A DNA stretch of 64,000 nt from Trichosphaerium sp. ATCC 40318. Its lineage: Eukaryota; Protista; Tubulinea. Shown here one piece after another: positions 39,722 through 52,190 of the stretch. Each line of letters begins with the position of its first letter. Positions within the stretch are counted from its first letter, which is position 1. The stretch spans positions 1 to 64,000 of the forward strand of contig JALMLS010000085.1 in assembly GCA_038496445.1 (NCBI GenBank). Direction: 5' to 3'. Both the position numbers and the translations under genes were made by a program. The notes beneath the pieces are model-generated. The model saw only the letters and a list, made by a program, of their open reading frames with translations, was not told where the DNA came from and did not search any database.

Positions 39722-40077
39722 TCAAATAAAGTGTAAATAAATCAAAGTAAATAAAGTAGTAACCATCAAACCTGTTTCAACCGAACTGACTTCAAGTTAA
39801 AAAAATCTCATTATTATCCCGTTTCCGGAATTTGTCAACTAGTTATTTCGCCAGTTATTTTTCGCTCTAGAAGCACGTCATTTGTTGTACTATCCATTAG
39901 AGCACTTTTAACTCGAAAAATAAATGACGAGTTGACTAACTTGACTGAAACGGCAATAAAATAGAAAATATCAAAATGTTGTATTCAACTTCGCATTCTG
40001 AACTAGTACGACAAAGGAAGTAAAAACCGAAGAACCTTGTTGTTTATTGTAACCCCACTTGAATGTCATTACATATC

Positions 40078-42124
40078 TTAATGATTATGTCCTTCGTGGC
40101 CCTCTGGTGCTGAAGCTGCAGCCAAATCCGCTATTGGGTCCTTGTACGTTCTCCATAGGTCGCAACCTTTTTCAAATTCTTCGTCTGTCACTAAACAAGC
40201 ATCTAGTATTCCTTCGACCTTCTTTGCGTTCATCTCTTGGCCAATGATAACAATCTAATAACATTAGGGTTTATTTTCCAAAGAAATAAGAGAGACTTGT
40301 TTTTGGACCACAAAATAAAAATTTTCTTCACAAAAAAGAATGATTGGTTACCTCTTGTCCTCTATCTCCATACTTTCCTCCTGCTTCTACTCGTTTTCTG
40401 ACCATCTCTCTAACATGAGGATCTGGTGGTAAAAGTTCTTCTGGTAGAGCAGCCATCCTTAAGAGGATATGTAAGCAAAGCTAACAGCCTTGGGGAACTA
40501 GAGTCACGTACCAAGCGCCACCGTTTGTAAATTGGAAAATTTCTCCAGCGCCACTCCATTCCAGAGCTGTCATCATGTTTGTCGCGACCCAGCATATACC
40601 CTTAGAACGTACTACTGTATCTACACCATTTTCAAGAAGGGCCTACCAAGTCCTGGGTTAGATATTTAAAATGATAATTTAAAAGGCACTCACGTATAGC
40701 CTCTCTGGATGAAATGGCTTCTTACGACGATACACGAAGGAAGAGATACCGTATTCTTCAGTCTCAGGGGTATGTTGACCTCTCATTTCTTGCATCCAAC
40801 CAGGGTTTTGAGAAGCAGTTTCAAAGTTAAAAGAGCCTACAACAAAAAAGAATCGTCAGTACCAACACAGCCCAAAAGGGTTTTTTTTTAAAAGAGCGAA
40901 AAAAAAGTATAGTATAAACTATTTGCTTGCCTGTGTTTAATAGTTCCTTCAATGGAAGGTCGCAATAATTACTTGTGAGTATCTTGGCATTTGGGTTTAA
41001 CTTTAAACAAATAGCCTTGATACTAGCAAGCTTCTTTTCATCGATAAGATCCATCTTATTGATAACAATAACAGAAGCAAACTCTACTTGGTCTATGAGC
41101 AAGTTTACAACACATCTATTATCCTCTGGTGTTATTTCGCCTAAAAATGAGTAAGCGCCAAAATTTTTTTTACGATGACCAAACTTGTGGTCACAAAAAA
41201 AAAAACATGTTTTTTTTTTCTCTGAAACAAAAGCTGCTGCATTGTTGTACAGCTTGCAAGTAGGTTTTTAACATATAGAGTTTGCCTAGCGTACCTGCGC
41301 TGTGACGCTCAGACAACATTTCGACCGATTTAATGTCTTTGAAGAAAGAGTGCGCGTCTATAACCGTAACCTAACGAAGTCAGTATTTTAATTATCACGA
41401 GCGTGAGGAAGTAAAAAAAAAGGTAAAAAAATGATGTACCATCGTATCAAGACGTGCGATATCGCTCAAACTGTCTGTTGACACAGTACCTTGAAGAATA
41501 CGTTAGTATTTTTTTGTTTTTTGTACCAGTGAACTCAAAAATGCATACCTGTCTTGTCTGGTAACGGTATTTTAAACGTGAATGTCTCAGCTACTGGTAA
41601 AGGCTCTGATACACCTATCATCAAGTTAGAGAAGATTATTAGCGACATATCAGTACCTGTAGATTCGATGAGAAGGTAGTCAAACCTGTTTTCTTTTGCC
41701 AATTCTGCAACTTGTTCTAGCAAGTCCTCTCTGTACGAACGTTAGTTGGAGATGAAAGAAAACGGTGTAATACCTCAAGGTGCAGCAAATACAGCCGTTT
41801 TGCATTGGCACTAACTTTTCTTCAGTCTTAGATAGGCTGACGTCTTTATTTTCAATTAATCTAGCGTCCACGTTCACTTAGAGCGGGTGAGAAAGGCTGT
41901 AGAAAAGTTTTTTGTAAAGTGACAAAAAAATCGTACGTTCGCTCATATCATTGACTATTACAGCAACCTTTAGACCCTCTCTGTTTTGTAGAACACGCTG
42001 TAGCATTGTTGTCTTACCAGCCCCCAAAAACCCTTTCCTGAGTTAACACCACCCAAAAACGCGAACCACCACCTGATAGCACCGTAACAGGTAACTTTTT
42101 TCTCGTTTGTGTTTGTTCAGTCAT
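40078..42124 (-). CDS. CobW/COG0523 zinc-metallochaperone GTPase (YciC/ZNG1 family)
   Basis: [68 protein letters not shown] and a His-containing tail. Confidence 0.95.
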
Positions 42125-42198
42125 TTTGTTAACGAGTAGTTGTACCAAAAAATTATGATTTAAGCCACGGTTGGTTTTTTCTTGCTTAATAATGCGTG

Positions 42199-43530
42199 TC
42201 AAATGACTTGTCGTTGCAACCTCCATTGCGCGTATTTGTTGATGATATATTTAGACGTTCTACGCTCCTCTAGAGCAATACTTTTCGTTAGCAACATTAT
42301 TAATTCTCCATAACATCTCTTTATCTCTTGTTTCAGCGAATCCAACATGGCCTTTGACCGGAACGGTTTCCAGTATTCTACGAAATGCTGCACTCAGAAG
42401 AAATACAAGACTGTACAATGCCTTAAAGATACTTTCTCAGGACAAGCAAAAAATTAGTGAATGTACAGGTGTACCACCGTATAAGAGCTTCAGTTTGATG
42501 TGTCATGGTTCACATACGTTCTTGTGCTTATTGTTTATATAGACTGTAAGTTTTTTCAGGCTGACAACAGTAATAATTGACAAGACAACGCAGCCAAGAA
42601 TTATTTTTTCTGTAGACCACTCCGTAAATAACACTGTTGATATAAAGGCGCTATTTAATGGATAAAGCAGAATAATATGAATTATGGAGAAGTACAATCG
42701 AGCGTGTTTTAAAGCCTGAAGCTTTTAAGGTACATTGTTATCGCATTTTTGAGACAGTTTCAGAAATTCCCATTTTCTTGAAAAAAGTTGCTTTGCTGCC
42801 GGTACTTTTCCTCGGCACAGCATAAACGAATCGCAAAATGGGTAGTACCACTATAAGTATAACATCCTAGCTACATGGTGGAAATATCAATTGAAGTTTA
42901 AGATGGTTCTGAGGTGAGTAAAAACGTCTCGAAGATTCTCGAAATCCCGTCAATATCAATAATCAAAAAATTCGGAATTTCCGAAACTGTCTCAAAAGCG
43001 ATGTTGTCCCATCCACGTTTGCCTTCCAATAAAGGGGAAGTATAGAGCCTGATTTGATAGCTATTGTATTAAGCAACGTTTGCACGTGTTATTGGACAGG
43101 AGCTACCAGGATCAAGACAAAAGACAAAAAGTAAGGCCGGTTATCGGTTAATTGGTTTACTGCAAACTCTAGTATTATCATAACAATCAAATTCCTCCGT
43201 CTTCCGCGGACTCTCGTTGTTGCATGTCTTTTTATGTTACATCAATGATATAAAAACCTGTTGAGTCTTTAAAATAATAGTCGTTACAAAGACTAATGTC
43301 GTAGTTTGACACGTCTTTAACCATGTGATTTTTTTTTACAACTATTTCACGCCACATCATCGTAGATAGTGGTAATACTAAAATACAAAAGCGTGTGGTA
43401 CCTTACGTCACATTACCTCAGAATTCTATCACCCGCCCAGTTTGTTTCCTAATATGTTCGGGAATAAACCAAACAGTTGGTAAAGTAGATGGACTCCTCC
43501 GTATGTACAAATAGAACGCAATTGGGTAAA
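42199..43530 (-). CDS. Hypothetical multi-exon membrane protein (5' end unresolved)
   Basis: In-frame spliced exons ALKHARF-AFISTVLFTEWSTEKIILGCVVLSIITVVSL...-HFVEYWKPFRSK...; further GT-AG pairs upstream. Confidence 0.4.
42740..43002. mobile_element. MITE-like element, 263 bp, ~30-bp imperfect TIRs, putative GTT target-site duplication
   Basis: Left end ATCGCATTTTTGAGACAGTTTCAGAAATTCC and right end GGAATTTCCGAAACTGTCTCAAAAGCGAT, each flanked by GTT; no ORF inside. Confidence 0.65.
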
Positions 43531-44021
43531 AACTAAAATAAAGTGTAATAACACAAGAAAAGAACTGTCCCCCGTGTGATGACACGTGTGTTATTCGTAT
43601 CAGATAGGCCTACAGTTACTTCGTGTAAGTTACAGGAGTTGTACAACAAAACTACCTGTATTTATCACGTACTAAAGACAGAAGTAGTTAATTGACTAAG
43701 CATTTGGTTTTGGTTGAAAATAATGTAGCGTAAAAAGACGGACATAGCAAAAAGATCAGCGATTCTCATTGCTATCATCTGTGTTACTACGCTAGAGAAC
43801 TCGTTGTCCATTACGTATTTATGATGTGTTGGTATAAGTCGGACTTTGAATTATTTTGGCAGTAAAGGGATAGTGCACTAAACAAATCAGAGCTCCGTCA
43901 TAAACCGTTGTTTGATGTTTTTAACGCTCACACGACCAATTAAACCAACAACTTTTAAGTGAACATTCTTTTTGTAAGTCACGTGTGAACTGGTTACGAC
44001 TTACGGCCAATTTTTTACAGA

Positions 44022-47000
44022 ATGCTGATGTATACAACAAGTAGACTATCTGTTTTGGTTCTATGGGTACTACTGGTGGCACAAGGGACAGTGTCACAGA
44101 ACATCTTCAGGGTTGGATATATTTATCCGACAACCGGCCCTTTTGCTAGTAATTCGTTGATTGTTCGTGATGCTCATATGATGTGGATGAAAAACGTGCG
44201 TGTTGTCTGATTTTTCCTTTTTTTTCAATAAATACTGGTAACTACGTATTTCTCCTTTGGTTGTTTGTATTAACGATATCATAGGTTAACGATCGTGGTG
44301 GTCTTCTTATCAATGGAACATCGTATAACGTAACTTTTGGGTTCAAAACAATTTGTACGCTTTTTTTTGATTTTCTTCCTTACGCCGTCTATCTATGACC
44401 TCTCATTGTAATAATCTGACTAGTGTGGGATCCTGTTGACGCTAGAAACGGGACGGAGGACTTTATACAGGAGTTTCAGCCACACTTTTTGCTACTGGTA
44501 CCTGACAACATTTACAACATATAGCAGCTCTTGTTGCGACGGTTTCACTAACTTGCATAGCCGCATTCCTCTTTTCTTGGGGCAATAACAGCTGAGGTAG
44601 CAAGCAACCATAAAATTAACAATATTCTAAGTACGTTTACAAAATTATCACGTGATAGAAATGATAAAAACATGTTTTCAGCAGTTTCTATTTTTTTAAT
44701 TTTGTTGCTCGTTTTCAAACCATAGAGAACGTTACTACGCTGTTCCATGAGTTGTTTTTTTTATCAAAAAAGAATAAGATCTTGTTCAGATATTTAGTTG
44801 CTTTGGTACAACAACTCGAACAGGTTTTTTTGTTTTATTTTTGTTTTGTGTCGAAAAAAAATCACAAATCGGTTAAAAAAGCGCTAGCTCGCTGTTTATA
44901 AGCAAATATGTCATTTTTAAACTATTAAACCAGGCATCTTGTGATTTATTTATTTTTGTTGTTAACAAAACTCCAAAAAATCATTGAGCCAAAGACAACA
45001 ATCTGAGTGCTTCTCTTTGTTGCCAATTGTTTTATTTTCTTCAAAAAAAACAAAGTTTATCTCTTGTGTCGACATGTGTTCCAAAATTAGTTCGGTAAAA
45101 GACCGAAACAAACAATACGTACTAACTTGTTTTTTACAGCTGCCTCTGGTTCTCCATCAGTATTTGAGTGCGATTCAAATTTACTAGCACCTTGCGACTT
45201 TCCTTTCGGCAGGCGTATGCCATATTCTGCCAGTCTTACTATTCCTGCTACGAATATTATGGTTGAAGGATTAAACCTACTCGTCATCGAAAATATCAAA
45301 ACAATCGCGCTTTACTGGGATGGTTAGTAAAGATATCAAAAATAACTTTTTTTTTTTTTCTTTTTTTTTCGGTTTGTTTTAACTTTAATGTCTAGAGAGT
45401 GAACTAAGTGAAGCAGTCGCTGCCGGAGCTCGAAGAACTATTGAATTACTAGGACTTGAACTTGTATACAATACTTCTGTACCGAATGATTTTAGTGATC
45501 CGGAGAAACAGATTGTTGCTTTGACTGGTGTTATTCAAGATTTACAGGATATAAAGCCAGGTACTCCCTTTTGTTGTTTGAATCAATTCACAAAAAAAAG
45601 AGATAGATGACTAACGATTTTATTCTTTGTTATTAGATGTTGTTATAGCAGCTACTTATTCATCATGTGCTAATTTCTTGGAGATTGCGAAGGCAGTAGA
45701 TTTCAATGCAAATGTTCGTGAACGCGCTATACAAAAACTTTTTCTGATCCTCCCTTTTTCTCCATTTGGCTTCTTCCTTATCCTTTTCTTTTTCCTTCTA
45801 ATACTAAATTTAAAAATAGGCTTATTTGATGATGCACCCTTGCGCTGGATTTGAACAGTTTAAAGAAGACACTCAATTCGTACTTGTAGCCGGAGAAGTG
45901 GTACGACTGCGGGAAACAATCCTCTTTTGTGAATCCTATGGTCAAGGTCGCTCAATATTTAATTTGTTTTTTAGTGGGATCGAAGATTAAAGACAGACAT
46001 ATACGACGAAAGTGATCCACGTGTTAGATACCACCACTTCCTTAGTAACAGGACAACAACATCAGCACAAAGATTTGCAAGTGAATTCAACGAACTCTAC
46101 GGTATGTATCCAGGATACAACGGTATGGCAGGGTACACTGAAGGTTACATAATCCAACACGCAATGGAAACAGCAAAGCACGTGACTTTTTTAAACAAAA
46201 ATTTATCACGTGATTCCACGTGACTAATGATTTTTTCCCTTTAGTTCATTCGACCCTGATGTCATACAAGATGTTATCAATACGATCAGTATTTCAGGGT
46301 TTTGTGGTCCTTATAGTTTTGATCAGTTCGGGGAAAGTACACGACAAGGTATAACATACCAGATTGGTGAAGACTTCACGAATGAAATTGTTGCTCCTTT
46401 GTTTGGTGTAACAAAACAATTGGTTTATCCTGTACCAACGTGGTCACAAAGACATACAACTTACGGGTGGTATAGTACGTCGTTATACCTAATTAGTACC
46501 GCAACTATAGTACACTGAGAGTCAAACCTTTAGTTGTAATATTTGTTGTATTTAGCATGTGTGCGTTTTTTAACTTTTTCTTGTAGAAAGAGCAAGTGAG
46601 CGTGTCATTTTAGCTGCAGTTGCGTTTGTCATGCTTACTACTCTTGGTTTGATGATATGGGTTTTTGCTTATAGAACACATCGCGTAATTAGGGCTGCGC
46701 AACCACTCTTTGTAGTGCTCACTTTGGTACAAAGAAAACCAACACAAATCTGTGTTTTTCTTACTCATGTTTTTTAATAGCTTGGTACAATGTTGATGTA
46801 CGGTGCTGTAGCGTTTTGGACACTGCACACTGATGATGCACATTGTAATTTAGTACGATGGTTACTCGGTATTGGGTTTGGTGTACGTAACAACCGAAAA
46901 AAAACAAAAAGAAAAACCACCTCCAACAAAGTGCTCCACTTACTTTTTTTCTTCTTTTCAAACACAATGAACTCTGTTTATGATTCTCAGTGATGACATG

Positions 47001-47847
47001 AATAAGCTAATTTCTTTTCTAGCTAACTTATGGTGCTATTTTTGCAAGAATTTATCGAATCGGAGAAATCTTCTTGACAAAATCACTTGATGTCTTTAAG
47101 TTAACTAATATGATGATTATACCAATTGTTGCTGGTATCGTAGCCATAGAAGCAGTAATTCTTACGATATGGACTATTGTGAGTAGATCACGTGCTGTTC
47201 TAGAAATTGCAGATCCGTACATCAAGTCAGATGATTACTACGCATGCACACATGAAAGCACTGCTGATAAGGTCTTTTTGGGTATCATTTCTGCCTTTAA
47301 TATTGCTGTATTATTATACGGAGTATACTTGGCTGCTCGTATATGGAAATTGAGAGCAGTACTCTACAATGAATCAAAGTACGAAAAAGACTTTACTTTT
47401 CTTTCACTTTTTCTTACCTTTTTTTTCTTTCAAAGATACATTGGTTTCGCAGTTTATACACTTACCTTCTTTATTATCATTATTGTTATCGTTCAAGTAC
47501 GTTATTTAAAATACATGGTTCTTGCTTTATGCTGATTGTTATCGTTTTAGGTATTCGGTCATGAGCACAGAGAACTTGCTTTTATTCTTCGATCAGTTTG
47601 TTTAATCCTTGGTCCTTTTGTATCTGTGCTTGCACTCCTAGTACCTAGGATGTACTACATGAATATAGATATATCAGAGGAACAGATGGGTACAAGTAGG
47701 AATACATCAAACAGATCAGGACGCTCTAATGCATCAGAATCAATGAAGCAAACAGTCACTGATTTGAACAAAAAAGTCAAAGATTTACAAGCACAGCTTG
47801 CTTCTTACACAGAGCTTGACATTGAAGATACACCTAAGAAATCATAA
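44022..47847 (+). CDS. Class C (GABA-B/Grl-like) GPCR: signal peptide, periplasmic-binding-protein-like ectodomain, 7TM
   Basis: RVGYIYPTTGPFA...NDRGGLLING ectodomain; HRVIRAAQPLF, CNLVRWLLGIGF, IFARIYRI and YNESKYIGFAVY 7tm_3 motifs; coiled-coil tail. Confidence 0.9.
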
Positions 47848-48113
47848 TACCACTGAAAACTAGAGCATTTACTTAGAATTAGAAAACACAATCTTTCGAA
47901 CAAATCAAGCTGAATAGCTGAGAGCCATGTAAAGTTTTTTAAATGTTGAATACAAGTCTGTTAGTTTGTTCTTGATATTGTTTCCTTACTAAGCGATTTT
48001 TCTGCTAACTAAATCAAGCAAAGAAATCTACTCTTTGATAACCTAGAGAGTCACAACACGTGTTACAAAAACTGAATGTCTGAGAGCGATTTGCATGGTT
48101 TGTTTTTATTTTG

Positions 48114-49754
48114 TCACAAAAAATTTTTCTTGTTGAAACAAAAGCACTTCATTACCTATGTTGTCTATTACTAAAAAAAGTACACGTACAAAACCATAGA
48201 AGTGTATTACATACCCCAAGAAGTCCAACCAGGTTGTAGATGTCTAGCAAACAACTCAATGCAATCAGGATCTTTTGGTAGAACCGAAGAGAACAAAACT
48301 AAAAAAAATTGTTTGTATCAATATTATTTGAGTCAATTTCGTACATTCTACTGGCGGTTTTCTAGAGTGCTTACTGGGTACACTACATAACACTTTGGTC
48401 TCTTTATCGAGTGTGCTTTTATTATCACCTTTACCAGAGTAATAACCTATAATGATAGGCTCATATGGCTTCCTATGTGTGGAGTCAAGATCAATCACCA
48501 TTTCTCCTTTTGATGTAACCTAATCAACTTATCACTCACAATGAATTTCATTGTTAAACGCACCTTGAGCCAGTAGTATGTTGTGACGTATGTCACATTC
48601 CATGACTTAAAGAGATCGTTTTTAACAAACCTCTGATATTTATCCTTGTTAGTAACCCACACTGCAACATATGCTCCTTTAGGGTTACAAAGGGATTCAA
48701 CTGGTAATGCTAGGTGTGATTTAGTTAAACCTATAACAAACATATATTTGAGAGTACAGTAGAACGAATAATTGGGTAGTGTCTGATACCTACAAAGTGT
48801 GTAAACCACAGAGTGTTTAAAAGAAAAAAAAATACAGTGAGAGAAAGAAAAATGGACTACTGTTACTGGTTACGTACTTTTTACTCCTCGCAGCGCTTTT
48901 ATTCTCCCAAGGAGGGTCCATTACTACTAAATCATATTTTTTTGTATTAATCTTTACCAACCCTGGCAAGTCTTTTATGTCTGACTAACAATGTTACCAA
49001 AAAAAATAGAATGTTGTGAACAAAAGAAAAAAAACCGTTAAACACTAGAGCATACCAACATCCACCTACAGTTACGAGGTAGTATAAAGGATCGTCCATA
49101 CATATCAACACGTCTTTCTCTGTCATTACAAATGATATTATTTGCAAGTGAAGCAGCAGAGTCGCTAAGAGAGTGAGCGATCAGTGAATTGCTCTCAAGT
49201 CCTTCTTACATATCCAAACAGTCGTCAAGCGACAGAATCTTCTTTTTACCTCTTGGATTTGCGAATCTAGCAGCGACATTCGCCAAACTAATCCAGGACG
49301 ATAAATCGAGCGCCTCTTCGCTCTCATTTGATTCCTTTTTCTCTGTCGCTTCTTTTGAGTTATTCTTTGTGAACAATGGAAGCTTTTGCAGTAACTTATG
49401 CGTCCTAAACGTTTATTGAGTCGGTTTTAAGCCATATCCGTTATGTACCTTTCTATTTTAGGTCTTAGTTGCAAAAATGCGTCTGTTACAGCATGATTTG
49501 TTGGGTTTTTGTTGTTTAGCTTCCGCTTTTTCTTTGGTGGTTGCTTAGGTTCATCTAACTGCTATCGTTAACCGTAAGGAGCAGTGTATAATAACCACAA
49601 CCTGTTTTTTGCCGTTGGAAAAGTATTTATGTTCTAATTGAAAGAAAGATGCATCAGGTATTACTGTGTCGTAAGTGGCAGCGATACTACGTGGTGTTTC
49701 CAAAAACCAGCCAATATCCTCTAGAGGGTGACAAAAAGCTTCATTTTCGGCCAT
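48114..49754 (-). CDS. METTL4: MT-A70 family adenine methyltransferase, METTL4-like
   Basis: YDLVVMDPPWENKSAARSKK, VAVWVTNK, YYWLKV, HRKPYE, SVPSKHSRKPP and ELFARHLQPGWTSWGNEVL. Confidence 0.9.
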
Positions 49755-50593
49755 GATTAACTGTATTGCTTGTAGCCAATTGCTTGGGTTAACTATTAAT
49801 CAGTTAAAGCCAAGTCGTGTTTGGTAAAGCGTGGCTTGTGCGTTTTCGTAAACTGCGTTGAACAAAAGAAACGAGTTGGTCTACCAACTCGTTGTTTGAG
49901 AGGTTACACTCACACGTGCTACACTAATCTAAAGTCAGTTAAGTTAGAGTCACAAATAACATACCAACCTCGCAAGGATTAACGCAAGATCCTGTAACGC
50001 TCTGTACTTAACTACGTTACTTAAATAAATACTTAGTTTCCATATACCCAACCTTCGTACCCCTTACAGATCCGTAACAAAACTTTAAAAGGTAAACGGA
50101 ACTGGTATATTTTTCCTTTGTTGGTGAAAGTGAGTGTAAACTCACTTTATGATTATTAACCCACTACGTAGTTGTAGTGCCTTGCATTTGGTAAACGGAC
50201 GACCTCGTAGTAAAGTCACGTATAAGGAAAATAGATTTATCCTCAAACACGTTTTGGCGAAACAGCACGTGAGTTTTTGACAAAATCAACCTTCCTCTGT
50301 TTTGTTTTTTCAAAACTCAACGTCACCATCTGGCGATCGTGTCACGTGCGAGGCTAAAACTCTTCAAATAATTTTTTTTTGTATTTTTTTTCGCCTGACT
50401 TAAAGTACTCGGAACATCTCCCTGTTGCCTCCAAATTTAGCACTATGCCTTTTATGTACTCCCGTCTTTTCTGGGCTAAGATCCTCAGACGTCTAGTTTC
50501 TACAAAACAATAAACTCATAAAGCAGAAAGATTGTTTTTGTGTTTTCTGTAAACGATTCTTTCTTCTTATGTTTTTTTAGTTAGGTTATCACC

Positions 50594-51715
50594 ATGTCTT
50601 CTTCTCCTTTGACTCTTTTGGATCTCCCCTGTGATATCCAACAGTACATCTGTACTTTTAACACTGAAGCATTCACAAAGTTCCACACTTTGTCGAGGAG
50701 AGCAGCAATTAATACACATTTTGATGAATCACTAGAACGTAAAGGAAAATGGATTAGATGGCATAAAAGTGGTAATGTACGTACCCATAAATATGCAAAG
50801 ACTGGTTTATTTAAGAGCTGGTTTGATAATGGGCAACTTGGGTCATTGTGTATGATGGTTGATGGTAAGCCAGATGGTGAAGGCAAGATCTGGTATGAAA
50901 ACGGGCAGCTTAAAGAACAAGCCATGTGGGTCAATGGTGAACAACATGGTGCTATTAAAGAGTGGTATGAAACTGGACATGTTATGTCATTGTGTGTGAT
51001 AGTTGATGGTAAACCAGATGGTGAAGGCAAGATCTGGTATGAAAACGGGCAACAAAAAGAACAAACCATGTGGGCCAATGGTAAACGTAACGGTGAAGGC
51101 AAAGAATGGCACGAAAATGGACAACTCAAGACACAGAGTTTCTGGGTTGATGATAAACAAAACGGTGAACTCAAAGGTTGGTACGAAAATGGGCAGCGTA
51201 AGTTACAGGTTATGTTGGTTGATGATAAGGAGCATGGTGAGCTCAAAGCGTGGCACAAAAACGGGCAACTTTTTGCACAAACCAATTGGCTAAGAGGTAA
51301 AAAACACGGTGAACAGACACATTGGCACGAAAACGGGCGACTTTCATCACATTACATGGCAGAAGATGATAAAAAGCACGGTGAATGTAAAGAGTGGTAT
51401 GATAATGGACAACTTAACTCACATAGCACGTGGGTTGATGGTAAGCAAACTAGCAGGAAGGAATGGCGATTGGATGGAAAACCTCGAGGAACAACGAATG
51501 TTGAGGTAATGACATGGTTCAGCAAGCGGAAAACAAGCAGGAAAAGGCACTTTGGCGTTAGTAACAAAGCTGTTACTCAAACCAACGTATTGGTAAGATC
51601 ATTCAATATAATCATATTTCCTTTAAAGATGTTTCGTCACATTGTATATGGTTGGTATAGGTACTTTGCAAATACCTTTTATTGGTCAATATCGTACTGG
51701 TATAGGAAAGAATAA
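50594..51715 (+). CDS. F-box-like plus MORN-variant repeat protein (intronless CDS)
   Basis: LTLLDLPCDIQQYI...LSRRAAINTHFDESL followed by about ten 24-aa G..k.WyeNGql repeats. The C-terminal tail is uncertain. Confidence 0.85.
   Translation: MSSSPLTLLDLPCDIQQYICTFNTEAFTKFHTLSRRAAINTHFDESLERKGKWIRWHKSGNVRTHKYAKTGLFKSWFDNGQLGSLCMMVDGKPDGEGKIWYENGQLKEQAMWVNGEQHGAIKEWYETGHVMSLCVIVDGKPDGEGKIWYENGQQKEQTMWANGKRNGEGKEWHENGQLKTQSFWVDDKQNGELKGWYENGQRKLQVMLVDDKEHGELKAWHKNGQLFAQTNWLRGKKHGEQTHWHENGRLSSHYMAEDDKKHGECKEWYDNGQLNSHSTWVDGKQTSRKEWRLDGKPRGTTNVEVMTWFSKRKTSRKRHFGVSNKAVTQTNVLVRSFNIIIFPLKMFRHIVYGWYRYFANTFYWSISYWYRKE
50842..51129 (+). repeat. Recent 144-bp tandem duplication inside the MORN array
   Basis: GTTGATGGTAA(G/A)CCAGATGGTGAAGGCAAGATCTGGTATGAAAACGGGCA recurs at a 144-bp offset. 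Confidence 0.85.
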
Positions 51716-52190
51716 ACTCCTTACGCAAGTAGCAAATGACGTACAGACAATAAGGAGCTTGTTGTGAATGGTAAATAAACAAATCTCCAAAAAAAGACAA
51801 ATCCAATTTCCTAGTTAATAGTGATGACGTCTTTTAAATGAACACAAAAACTTGAATAGATGCAAAAAAATATATTTTGGAACCCTGATAATGGCCGGCA
51901 ATGATCCATGTTAATGTGTACTCGGCCAATCACTTCAACCCTTCGTTTAGCGCGTGATAAACCTTTGGTGCGCTCGTTATTGATCAAGCAATCCAAATGA
52001 TAAGTTTGCTCATGTAAATACCTTATTTTCAGCCAAATGATTCGCATTTTTTGGAGTACGGTCACAGTTATTTTGGGTATTGCGTTATGGAACGTAGTAT
52101 TTCATTAACAAACTTATGAAATGTAAAATGCATTGACTTATAATTGGATTTTTTTTATTTGTTCTGAAAAAATAAAGGTTAAAGGCTTGA

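Noticed and set aside
50440-50490. U5-like GCCTTTTA and U2-like GGCTAAGATC fragments
   Set aside because: The flanking stems, branch-pairing sequence and Sm sites are missing; chance matches.
50581-51285. 234-aa Cys/Pro-rich ORF and similar shadow ORFs (59383-59745, 61059-61295, 21531-21911)
   Set aside because: Antisense or alternate-frame shadows of repeat-coding genes.
51815-51895. Possible C/D box snoRNA (GTGATGA...CTGA)
   Set aside because: No terminal stem or recognisable rRNA guide sequence.
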